Of a stretch of 64,000 nt of DNA, positions 31,095-39,887 are shown one piece after another (position 1 is the first letter of the stretch; every line of letters starts with the position of its first letter). Under the pieces are notes generated by a model. It ran no database searches and had not been told where the DNA came from. It worked only from the letters and a program-made list of their open reading frames with translations. A program made the translations under genes and the position numbers. This stretch comes from an uncultured virus (IMG/VR IMGVR_UViG_3300002220_000874) (lineage: Duplodnaviria > Heunggongvirae > Uroviricota > Caudoviricetes > Crassvirales), in the IMG/VR virus record IMGVR_UViG_3300002220_000874. One strand, written 5' to 3'.

Positions 31095-31725
31095 CTGTTG
31101 AGCCTAATTTAAAACCTTGTACTTCTTTTCCTTCTTGAAGTAATGTTTTTATTTCAGCTTTAACAGGTTTAATATTGAAAAATATAGTAAATAAATTAGC
31201 AGTACAAAAATCAATTAATTCTTTTACTTTATCTGTTTTATCATAAGGAATACGAATATCGACTACAATATTATGTCCTTGTAAATCAACATTAGTAGAA
31301 CCATTATTATAAAAATCATTTATTGCTTGTTCAATGTTTTTAGATATTGCTATCTCATCTTCTATAACTACAGCAAGAGGATAACAAGATGCTTTGAAAT
31401 TATCAAAAGCAAAAGATTTATTTCCAGATTTATTAACTTCTCCAAATAGTTTCAGTGAACCTATTTGAAATGTTTTCAATCGTTTTACTACATTGTCGTT
31501 TACTTTTATTTTATCTCTAAGACGACTAATCTCATCTGATAAAAAAGTATTATGTGCTTCTTTTGCTACTACAAGATTACGATAGTTGGAAAACTTATCT
31601 TTAAAGTTTTCTTCATTTATCATTAATTCAACTTCTAACTCAGGGGTTAATTCTCCTCCTGTTTCTTCGAGTAATGATATTAACTCTAAGTACTTTTGTT
31701 CAATGTCAAATAGTGTGTTTCCCAT
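31075..31725 (-). CDS. Siphovirus Gp157-like protein
   Basis: TLFDI...GGELTPELE.EL N-terminus, coiled coil, C-terminal KAEIK..LQEG.EV.G...LRI. Confidence 0.7.
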   Translation of the reverse strand: MGNTLFDIEQKYLELISLLEETGGELTPELEVELMINEENFKDKFSNYRNLVVAKEAHNTFLSDEISRLRDKIKVNDNVVKRLKTFQIGSLKLFGEVNKSGNKSFAFDNFKASCYPLAVVIEDEIAISKNIEQAINDFYNNGSTNVDLQGHNIVVDIRIPYDKTDKVKELIDFCTANLFTIFFNIKPVKAEIKTLLQEGKEVQGFKLGSTDVLRIT

Positions 31726-32123
31726 TAATTAAGTATTTTTAAAAGTGTTGGAGATTGTTGTATAATTGTAATATTATTATATTTCAATTTATTATACTTC
31801 GTAAGAATTTCAACCATTGCTAGTTGTAATTCTTCTTCAGTCTTTACTACTTTTATTATGTGGTCTAATCCTACATATCCACTAAAGGTATTAGGTGGAA
31901 GAAGAGGTTTAGCTTTTATAACTATATGGTCAGAATGTATTACTCCATAAGTTATTATATCATGATTAGACCTTTCTTTAGACTCAACAACTATACCCTG
32001 TATTACATTATCGTGGATAGGGTTTGGAATGAAATCATCAAATTGATTATCTAATAAAAATATTACAAAATTAGAGTCTCTAGCTATACTAGGAACTGTA
32101 TCAGAAAGTATGTACTTTTTCAT
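31725..32123 (-). CDS. Hypothetical protein
   Basis: 132 aa ORF, translationally coupled to its neighbours. Confidence 0.55.
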   Translation of the reverse strand: MKKYILSDTVPSIARDSNFVIFLLDNQFDDFIPNPIHDNVIQGIVVESKERSNHDIITYGVIHSDHIVIKAKPLLPPNTFSGYVGLDHIIKVVKTEEELQLAMVEILTKYNKLKYNNITIIQQSPTLLKILN

Positions 32124-33271
32124 CTTACTTCAATAGTATTGTTATGAAAAGGGATACCATTAATAGTTCGTTCATAATATTTTATAATTGCTGTTCTACC
32201 TATATAATTGAATTTATTGGTTAGATATTCTTCTCTTTGTTCATTATTACCAATAGGAGTTGACTCAAATACTTCTCTATTGATATCATTCATACAAACA
32301 AAAAGACCTAATGCAGGATTTTTACGAAAAGGTATGACATCTATTATTTGAAATTCTCCAATAATAAACTTCTTAATTTTCATCATATTCTTTCTTCTAC
32401 CTCCAAAGTAATAAGGAGAAGTTAAATCTCTAATTATACCACCTTCAAATCCTTTATCAATAAATTCCATAGATTTTTCAATAGTAGCATCATCAGATTC
32501 AACTATAATAGTTTCAATCATCTTGATATGTTTCATATTAGGATTAGCATCAAATAAATCTTTAAGTAATACTAATCTTTCATCTTGAGGAGTATCAGGA
32601 ATAGCTAAATCAAAACATATAAATTCTAATTTAGAATTAACTGGGTTATTAACATTCTTTGATGCACCAGCAATAGTTGGAGCAGGTGAACTATGATGAT
32701 ATAATTCTCCATCTATAGAATATTCAAAGTCTTTAAGTAATACACTAGCTTCTCTTTCAATATGAGGTACATTATATGTAATACCATCTTTACTTGTTAT
32801 TGACACTTTCCTCTCTGTTCCGAATAATCCATTTGATACTTCAATTACCGATATTACGCACCTTACTCCGTTCAATTTGGGTTGCAGAAAACAAGGATAT
32901 AGCATAGCATTTTTGACAAATGGTTGTGCTTTCATTGGTTTAGCAATGTCGTTCTTATCAAATTTATTAGCCTTTAGAATGGCTTTTAATTGAGGTTCTA
33001 GGGGTAAATCGGTATTAATCTTTAACTCTGTTAGATTTCTATATCCCGCATTACGCTTTAGTTCGGTTAAGCGATAAACGATTGTAGTTGCGTTATTTAT
33101 GTTAAATACGCTATTGATTACTTCTACAGAAGTAGATAGTTTGCCATCTATATAACTATAGAACTTAGTTACATGAGTAATATTATTTACTTCACTTACT
33201 ACTACTCTCCAACATCTAATTTTGTCATTAAATGTTTTAGAATATAGCCAATCAGATTCTATCTTTTTCAT
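32120..33271 (-). CDS. lig: ATP-dependent DNA ligase
   Basis: QPKLNGVRC (motif I), IDGELY, FD, EGGIIR, MKIK. Confidence 0.92.
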   Translation of the reverse strand: MKKIESDWLYSKTFNDKIRCWRVVVSEVNNITHVTKFYSYIDGKLSTSVEVINSVFNINNATTIVYRLTELKRNAGYRNLTELKINTDLPLEPQLKAILKANKFDKNDIAKPMKAQPFVKNAMLYPCFLQPKLNGVRCVISVIEVSNGLFGTERKVSITSKDGITYNVPHIEREASVLLKDFEYSIDGELYHHSSPAPTIAGASKNVNNPVNSKLEFICFDLAIPDTPQDERLVLLKDLFDANPNMKHIKMIETIIVESDDATIEKSMEFIDKGFEGGIIRDLTSPYYFGGRRKNMMKIKKFIIGEFQIIDVIPFRKNPALGLFVCMNDINREVFESTPIGNNEQREEYLTNKFNYIGRTAIIKYYERTINGIPFHNNTIEVR

Positions 33272-33663
33272 CTCTGCTTTTTATAAATCATTGTAAACTT
33301 AGGGTTATACATTTTATTCATTACACAATTCCACGAACTTAAAGCATCTTCATGTAATTGTAAATGTTCAGTCAATTGAGGTTTAACATAACAGTGATAA
33401 CCTTTCTTACCATAAAAAGGAATTAAGTCTTTTAAGAAATGATTGGTTACACCACTATCGTCACCTATAGCAATTATATGTTCAGGATGAAAGTTATATA
33501 ACTTTTGAAATGTTGTAACTTTTTCAATCCTTTCTGAGTTCATACGCATACTCTTTATTTCAGATAATGCTGTATAAATCTCATCGTGTTGTTCTTTAGT
33601 AATAGCTTCAACAATATAATCATATCCGCCTCTACTTTGTAATACTTCTTTTGCTGGTATCAT
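33268..33663 (-). CDS. Hypothetical protein
   Basis: 131 aa ORF with ATGA overlaps. Confidence 0.6.
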   Translation of the reverse strand: MIPAKEVLQSRGGYDYIVEAITKEQHDEIYTALSEIKSMRMNSERIEKVTTFQKLYNFHPEHIIAIGDDSGVTNHFLKDLIPFYGKKGYHCYVKPQLTEHLQLHEDALSSWNCVMNKMYNPKFTMIYKKQR

Positions 33664-34811
33664 ATTTTTTCAAGTAAATGTTTTACAATTTCTTTAGTTG
33701 TATCGTAACCGTATTTCTTACAAAAATCAGTTAAATCCTTTGGAATATCTTTATGAATAATTACAGGTTCATGTAAGATATTTGAAGGAATAAACTCAGG
33801 ATATAATGTTTTAATAGAATGAATAAGATATAAAGGAGTAATGTTATACTCTTTATTCATTATAACCATAGCATTAATTCCTGCTACATCATTATCAAAT
33901 AGACAATATCTTTGCTTGTATAATTTATTTATAACATTTAATTCATCATTTGAAAACTTAATGCTTTCAGATGATACTGCTATAACTTGAATATCACTAC
34001 AATAATATTCATTAAGAATTTGAGTTAGTAATATTCTATCTTTTATTGATTTAATAAATACTACTACTTGAGTAGGTTTCATCTTTATTAAATCATCAAT
34101 ATTGTATTTATTATTTGTTATAAATCGAATAGCGTTATCTCCTTTACGAAAAGGAAAGTACAATTTATATCTATTTATATTATTGAATATACCTAGATTA
34201 TAAGCATAACAAGGGTCATTATATGAATAGTAATATCGTAATCGTATCTCTCCGTTTATTACCATTTCAAAGCTTTGCACTGCTAATACATTAACAAGTA
34301 CGTTATCTTTTGTTATACCTAATCTCAACCAATAATTGTAATCCTTTCTATTAAAATCTCTAAAGTAGGGTATTAGTATTACGTTCTCTTCTTTCTTTAT
34401 AACTGTTGGTAGTACAGAAGTAGGTATAATCGAATTATCATTTGAAACATTTGCAATAATATCTTTACATATCTTTACGAAATGTCTAGGGTTATTGCTA
34501 TTTAAAGCTAATGCTATTCCTGCAAAATGAAAACAATCTCCAGAAAACCAATTATTACCAAAATCAGTTGCTATTAACTTTTCGATACCTCCGTTGACAG
34601 TTCGCATAAAACTGAAACTTGGAGTACTATCTAATCTTAAAGGGTTTTTAATCATATAACTATTTCTAGTTATAGATAGGTAAATATCATGTGAGGTTAA
34701 TCCACTACCGTACTTCGTACCGTAGTATTCAAATATCTTAGCTTGGTCAATATGCTCTAAGATATATAATTTAATATTTGTTGAATTTCTTAACTTCATG
34801 GTTAATATCAA
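33660..34811 (-). CDS. crAss-type DNA primase (DnaG-like TOPRIM)
   Basis: NPLR.D.TPSF, DFG...GDCF, KS.KD, LFDNDVAG, KDLTD. Confidence 0.8.
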   Translation of the reverse strand: MILTMKLRNSTNIKLYILEHIDQAKIFEYYGTKYGSGLTSHDIYLSITRNSYMIKNPLRLDSTPSFSFMRTVNGGIEKLIATDFGNNWFSGDCFHFAGIALALNSNNPRHFVKICKDIIANVSNDNSIIPTSVLPTVIKKEENVILIPYFRDFNRKDYNYWLRLGITKDNVLVNVLAVQSFEMVINGEIRLRYYYSYNDPCYAYNLGIFNNINRYKLYFPFRKGDNAIRFITNNKYNIDDLIKMKPTQVVVFIKSIKDRILLTQILNEYYCSDIQVIAVSSESIKFSNDELNVINKLYKQRYCLFDNDVAGINAMVIMNKEYNITPLYLIHSIKTLYPEFIPSNILHEPVIIHKDIPKDLTDFCKKYGYDTTKEIVKHLLEKI

Positions 34812-34814
34812 CAG

Positions 34815-35462
34815 TTATACTAGTTTTAAGTATTTAGCAATATCCATAATATCTTGATGTGATATTATCTTACATCCTATCTTTAATCCATTAGGTATAA
34901 CATCTAAATCTGAATATATAGAATTTTTATTATCATCAATATGACGTAAATTATAACTATTCATTAGAGTGGTATAAGAAATATAACTACGACATATATC
35001 ACTTACACCTTTTATTTCTCTCCATATATCATTAAAATAATAACTTTCACGTTGTCCTATTAGTATAGTGTCATTACAAAAACTACATAAATCCCATTCA
35101 TCGATTTCTTGTTGTGTAGCTTTACGAATATATATATCAGTATATGAATTAACTGCATCTAATGAAACATTATTAGGTTTCCACTCTTTACCGTAGCATT
35201 GAGTTACTACAAGTAATGCTTTTTTTAATTTTTTATGCCATACCCAATTACCTTCTTTAAATTTATTAACAGATAAGTCTATAAGCTCAAACCATTTAGT
35301 TAAATAAGTAGCATTATTCTTAAATTCTTGAACCAAATAATCATCTGATTTATCTTTTGCTGCTAATTTATAGTAACTTCTTCTAAATTCACTTATTGTC
35401 AGTACTTCTCCTTTATAGTGTAAAGGAGTATCTCGTAACAGTTTTATAATATATCTTTCCAT
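34815..35462 (-). CDS. Hypothetical protein
   Basis: 215 aa ORF; FKEGNWV...RKAT..EI segments typical of Bacteroidota phage proteins. Confidence 0.6.
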   Translation of the reverse strand: MERYIIKLLRDTPLHYKGEVLTISEFRRSYYKLAAKDKSDDYLVQEFKNNATYLTKWFELIDLSVNKFKEGNWVWHKKLKKALLVVTQCYGKEWKPNNVSLDAVNSYTDIYIRKATQQEIDEWDLCSFCNDTILIGQRESYYFNDIWREIKGVSDICRSYISYTTLMNSYNLRHIDDNKNSIYSDLDVIPNGLKIGCKIISHQDIMDIAKYLKLV

Positions 35463-35524
35463 AATTATTCAACTAAGTTAATTACATTAAGCATAGATTG
35501 TTTGTTAACTTTATAAAATATTAT

Positions 35525-35553
35525 AAAAAAAGGGAGTAGTTAACTCCCTTTTT
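35525..35553 (-). terminator. Intrinsic terminator, possibly bidirectional
   Basis: AAAAAGGGAGT-agtta-ACTCCCTTTTT downstream of the SSB-like gene. Confidence 0.75.
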
Positions 35554-35571
35554 CATAATTAAATGTTATTA

Positions 35572-36345
35572 TTATTGTTTACCGATTAAAGCTGCTACGG
35601 TAGGATCGAGTTCTTCGTGTGCCATAGCTGCTGCTTCTCCGTCTGCTGCTTTTGCTCCTTTAGCAACCAATCTATTGTTTGCTAATTCGGTTGGAGTTAA
35701 TTCAATAGATGGAGCTGCACCTGTAGCTCTTTCGATGAAACCTTTACCTACATATGTAGGAATAACATAGAAAGCTTTAGTCCTATAATCAGGAACGATT
35801 TTCAAGTAAACCATTGAAGGCTCACCTTTACCATCAATAAAGATAGGCTTATCATTCTTACCTTTATTGAAAGCATTAGCGATAGCTGTAAAGAATTTCT
35901 TGAAAGCATCAAGTCTTTCTTTTGCTGAACCAGCTTCGTTAAACTCTAAATCAGGTAGAGCTTGATAATTAATATCATTCTTAAAAGCTTCGTGTAAGTG
36001 AACGATACGGTCATTCATTCCTACGAATAGATTCTGAAGTGCTTCATCATCTACTTTTTGTCCTTCTTTGTTAACAAAGGTTAGAACATTTTCAACATGA
36101 CGAAGAACTCTATCTCTTTCGTTCTTGTCTTTCTTAGCTTGAATGAAAGTAAATTGAAGATAAGGAACTGTATAGCCAGCATATTCCCATGCTTTTTCTA
36201 CACCTTGCTCATTAACCTTTTCTACTTTATTCTCGATAACTTTTACTTCTTTCAGATAACATTTTACAAGATTACCTATAGCAGGATCTGGCTTAAAGGT
36301 TAAGTCTTGTGTTACCGCTTTTTGTCCTTGAAATTTGAAACTCAT
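35572..36345 (-). CDS. Putative single-stranded DNA-binding protein (crAss type)
   Basis: 257 aa, Ala/acidic C-terminal tail, codon usage suggesting high expression, located near primase and recombinase. Confidence 0.5.
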   Translation of the reverse strand: MSFKFQGQKAVTQDLTFKPDPAIGNLVKCYLKEVKVIENKVEKVNEQGVEKAWEYAGYTVPYLQFTFIQAKKDKNERDRVLRHVENVLTFVNKEGQKVDDEALQNLFVGMNDRIVHLHEAFKNDINYQALPDLEFNEAGSAKERLDAFKKFFTAIANAFNKGKNDKPIFIDGKGEPSMVYLKIVPDYRTKAFYVIPTYVGKGFIERATGAAPSIELTPTELANNRLVAKGAKAADGEAAAMAHEELDPTVAALIGKQ

Positions 36346-36387
36346 TGCAATAAGATTTTAATTTAACAAAAGGGTTAATATTAGATT

Positions 36388-36419
36388 AAAAATGGAGTAG
36401 ACGTTAATCTACTCCATTT
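36388..36419 (-). terminator. Intrinsic terminator
   Basis: AAATGGAGTAGA-cgttaa-TCTACTCCATTT with a U-tract on the minus strand. Confidence 0.7.
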
Positions 36420-36439
36420 AATGTATAGTAATAATATTA

Positions 36440-37018
36440 CTAATCTTGCTCTTCAACTACAGACTCCTCAGGAGTTAAGTCGTAACTCTTAGGATTAACC
36501 AACGCGAACAATTGAACTTCTTCTCCATCTACTTCAATAGCGGGACCTTCAACTAGTTCAAATTGCATAGTTCTAAGTGAACTGTAATTACGACGATTAG
36601 GATACTTCTTTGAAGGACGAGAAATATATAGTCCTTTTTCTTCCATAGCTTCTGGAGAAAGAGCAGCAGCATCAACTTCACCTTGAATAAGTTTAGTATA
36701 TACAGATGCTTGAACAAACGCTAGATTGATACCTTCTCCTGTTTGTTTATTAGGAGAGTAAAGTTTAGCTACGTTCTCATCAGCTTCTTTTGATACCTTA
36801 CCCATAAAGAATAGACCGTTAAGGTCTTCAGCGTTCTTATTCTCAAAGAACATTACTTTATCTTGAGGTTCAACTCCAAGAGCTTTAGAAGCTAGAGCAT
36901 TAAGATTGAAACGAGAAGGGGTTTCGCTTAAACGAACGTAAGCTTTGTCATCAGATGTTGTACGAACATTTGTCTTAACTACTGATAGGTCGATGTTGCC
37001 AAAATTAAACTTTTCCAT
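36440..37018 (-). CDS. Replication-module hypothetical protein
   Basis: 192 aa ORF with acidic tail and codon usage suggesting high expression. Confidence 0.6.
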   Translation of the reverse strand: MEKFNFGNIDLSVVKTNVRTTSDDKAYVRLSETPSRFNLNALASKALGVEPQDKVMFFENKNAEDLNGLFFMGKVSKEADENVAKLYSPNKQTGEGINLAFVQASVYTKLIQGEVDAAALSPEAMEEKGLYISRPSKKYPNRRNYSSLRTMQFELVEGPAIEVDGEEVQLFALVNPKSYDLTPEESVVEEQD

Positions 37019-37038
37019 TTTAGTTTTAATTTATTAAG

Positions 37039-37938
37039 TTATACTTCTTCATGATTAACATCCTCGATGACTTTTGCACTAGGATCAATTGATGAAACTT
37101 CATCAGGTAAATAAGTATCAAATAACTTATGTGCAGCACATTCTCTTCCACCGTAAATGATAACTCTATTTCGCATTTGACGATTTGGATATTTATTCCA
37201 ATTATCTTTTCCTGCTACTTGAGTACCATCTGCCTTTATACCTTTATGTAGTTCTGCTTCTATTGCTTCACTTAAATAAAATTTAATATGAACATCAGAA
37301 CCATCTGGTTTATGAAATATAGCCGAAGTTAATCGGTCAGGCTTACGAGTTACAAATTTCTTTCCTGATGATTGTGCTGTCTTAACTTCATCTGGAGTAG
37401 AAGAACCTGTAACAATAAAATAACGACTATCGGGTATCTCTACTTCAGAAGCAGATACTTCTTCTTTAGAGGTTGCATCAAAATATTTATAAACTAATTT
37501 ATAATCATCTATCCATTCAATACGAACATTTGCATCGTTTATAACTTTAGAAATAATATGAACTCCTGTATAAATTGCTACTTTACCAGAAGAAGTTGTA
37601 AACGCATGAATATTTTGCATAGCAGTGATTTCATCTAAATTCATAGCTCTACCTCTAGCTATTGCAAAATAAGTGTTTTTGTTCAACTGATTACCTAATG
37701 CCATTGTTTTCATAGGACTTAATCCTAGTTCAGCACCAAATAATATAGCAGCAATTATATCTTCAGTTTTTATAATAGAATTGTTTTTCTCATCAACAGT
37801 TTCAAAGTTTTTACCAAACCTACTATTCTTTATAAATTCAGCTAATTGAGTAGCCTTTTGAATATTTGCTATGGTATTATCCATAACATTCATAGGTTGG
37901 TCTGTTGATTGTAGGCTTAATTCTTTATTGTTATTCAT
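37039..37938 (-). CDS. RecT-like single-strand annealing protein
   Basis: AAILFGAELGLSPM, AMQNIH, W.KYP.RQMR.R, Y.PDE. Confidence 0.65.
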   Translation of the reverse strand: MNNNKELSLQSTDQPMNVMDNTIANIQKATQLAEFIKNSRFGKNFETVDEKNNSIIKTEDIIAAILFGAELGLSPMKTMALGNQLNKNTYFAIARGRAMNLDEITAMQNIHAFTTSSGKVAIYTGVHIISKVINDANVRIEWIDDYKLVYKYFDATSKEEVSASEVEIPDSRYFIVTGSSTPDEVKTAQSSGKKFVTRKPDRLTSAIFHKPDGSDVHIKFYLSEAIEAELHKGIKADGTQVAGKDNWNKYPNRQMRNRVIIYGGRECAAHKLFDTYLPDEVSSIDPSAKVIEDVNHEEV

Positions 37939-37942
37939 GCTT

Positions 37943-37974
37943 CAAAGGTATTACAAATAAAATTAAATTCCAAA
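37943..37974 (-). promoter_or_regulatory. Bacteroidota primary-sigma promoter
   Basis: Minus strand TTTG-N20-TACCTTTG, ending 4 nt before the ATG at 37938. Confidence 0.7.
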
Positions 37975-39453
37975 TATTTCATCTAAAAACATTACATTTT
38001 TTATGTCTGATGAGTGTACTTGTCTTTGTCTTAACTTAGCTTTATCTCGACTGTTAACTTTACTACCATCAGGTAAAATAAAATCATCGAAATATAAGTT
38101 AATAACTTTAGACACTTTATCAGGCTTATAAGGGTTAATTGTATTACCTCTCGCTATGCGTTGACCATAATTAACAGGATTAGTACTTCCTGCTGTGGTA
38201 ATCACTTGTTCTATACTATGACAAGTAAATCCCTCATCTAATGCTTTAACTGTAACAAGACAAGTAAAATATCCATGATTTAGACCTTCCACTGCATAAT
38301 CTTTAATCAGTTTCTTTCCAAACATTTTAACTTTACCAGTAGATTTAACTTTAAAGTAATCCCCTGTCTTGGGATCAATTAAAGGTCTACTTTCAATCTT
38401 ACTATGGTAAGCAACAGATTTAATACCTGCGTTATTTAATGTACTAACAACTTTCTCGACAAAATCAATAGACTCATTAAATATTATAGTAGGTACTGGA
38501 TGTGCTTGCATTATCTCTACTATCATGTTAAGTTTGACTTCATTATCAATAAGAATTTCATTTCTCTTATCCATAAGATTTTTGAAAACTTTACATTTGT
38601 CATAGAGATTAACAGGATTCCACATATTGTCAATCTTAGCTCCGATAGAATCATTAGTATCAATTTCCTTACTCCATCCGTTAAGGTCTGCAAGTACTGC
38701 CCTTATACGTTCAGAAGGAACATATTCTCCTAACATCTTCTTACCTGTATAACAAGATATAATTAAATCCAATTCACTATCGAAAACAGGAGTACCATTA
38801 ACTTTAAAGCTTTTATGCAAATCTTTAAATTGTGATAGTAATTCTCTCATAGGTATACTAAATTTAGCATACGCTATCTTATCATCTTCTGATAATTCTA
38901 ACGGTAAGTTATATTCAGTATAATTAGATATCCATCCCTCTTGTATAGCTTCACTCTCAGTTATAACATCAATTACAGGTGCAAAACTTTCAATCCGTTG
39001 CATTAACGTTTCATCTGGTTTTATACCTAGTAAGCCTAATTTAAACTTAGTCTTTAATGCTAATATGTTGTTATAACTTTGTTCTCCACTAACAGCTTTA
39101 TGAAATTCATCAATAACAATTAAATAATGTTCAACATCTAATATAGTTGTTATAATATTATTTAATCTATGTAATGTTACTAATGAAATTGCATATGTTG
39201 TTCCTATTTTCTTATATACTAATTCTTTCCATTGCTGTAATATTATATCACTAGGAACAAGAACTAATATTTTAGCAGAAGGATGTTTCTGTACTACTCT
39301 ACTTATAACTTCTACCCCTTCATATAATTTACCAAATCTAGGACAATGTAAAAAAGTACCAATACCTTTAGATTGTTGCCATTTCTCAATAGCTTCTCGT
39401 TGTCTTTCAATTTTAGAATTTTCAGTATTTCTGATAGTGGATTTAAACTTCAT
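37963..39453 (-). CDS. Superfamily 2 helicase
   Basis: Q.EA, PRFGK (Walker A variant), LVPS, DEFH, LDEGF, QRIAR. Confidence 0.85.
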   Translation of the reverse strand: MKFKSTIRNTENSKIERQREAIEKWQQSKGIGTFLHCPRFGKLYEGVEVISRVVQKHPSAKILVLVPSDIILQQWKELVYKKIGTTYAISLVTLHRLNNIITTILDVEHYLIVIDEFHKAVSGEQSYNNILALKTKFKLGLLGIKPDETLMQRIESFAPVIDVITESEAIQEGWISNYTEYNLPLELSEDDKIAYAKFSIPMRELLSQFKDLHKSFKVNGTPVFDSELDLIISCYTGKKMLGEYVPSERIRAVLADLNGWSKEIDTNDSIGAKIDNMWNPVNLYDKCKVFKNLMDKRNEILIDNEVKLNMIVEIMQAHPVPTIIFNESIDFVEKVVSTLNNAGIKSVAYHSKIESRPLIDPKTGDYFKVKSTGKVKMFGKKLIKDYAVEGLNHGYFTCLVTVKALDEGFTCHSIEQVITTAGSTNPVNYGQRIARGNTINPYKPDKVSKVINLYFDDFILPDGSKVNSRDKAKLRQRQVHSSDIKNVMFLDEIFGI

Positions 39454-39821
39454 TAGATTTGTAGTTTAAGCCTTATTACATCTATTAACCTTTTCTCTAA
39501 CCAAAGATTTATAAACCTGAAAAATGATAATAGATAATCAGGGATAATTGTTAAAAGAAAGATAATAGTATATATAACAGTAGAGATAGCTAGTAGTATT
39601 ACAAGTAATACATTCCACAACTTTATACCTATTTCATTCATTAAAAGAATAAAGTAGATTTTAAATCTACTAACAGGTTTACCTTGTTCCATATCTGGTC
39701 TAGGTTTAGGGTCAACCTTATCTTCAAGATAAAGAGGAGTAACATCAGGTTTAGTTACTACTGGTTTTTCAGGTTTAAATTCATCATTACTTTTAGTAAC
39801 TGTTTTAACTTTAACTGCCAT
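39453..39821 (-). CDS. Predicted membrane protein
   Basis: Long hydrophobic segment LWNVLLVILLAISTVIYTIIFLLTII. Confidence 0.6.
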   Translation of the reverse strand: MAVKVKTVTKSNDEFKPEKPVVTKPDVTPLYLEDKVDPKPRPDMEQGKPVSRFKIYFILLMNEIGIKLWNVLLVILLAISTVIYTIIFLLTIIPDYLLSFFRFINLWLEKRLIDVIRLKLQI

Positions 39822-39848
39822 AATTAGATTGTTTTAAAATGTTGAAAA

Positions 39849-39887
39849 ATCATGTTTCTTCTCTTTCTATCGGTTAGTGTGTTTCTT
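39849..39887 (-). repeat. CCGATAG element, copy C
   Basis: Minus strand AAGAAACACACTAACCGATAGAAAGAGAAGAAACATGAT, starting within the polB stop codon. Confidence 0.9.

Noticed and set aside
38642..38650. Extra CCGATAGAA match (and CTATCGG at ~37427) as further copies of the dispersed element
   Set aside because: Only 7-9 nt of core match, with no flanking similarity; consistent with chance.
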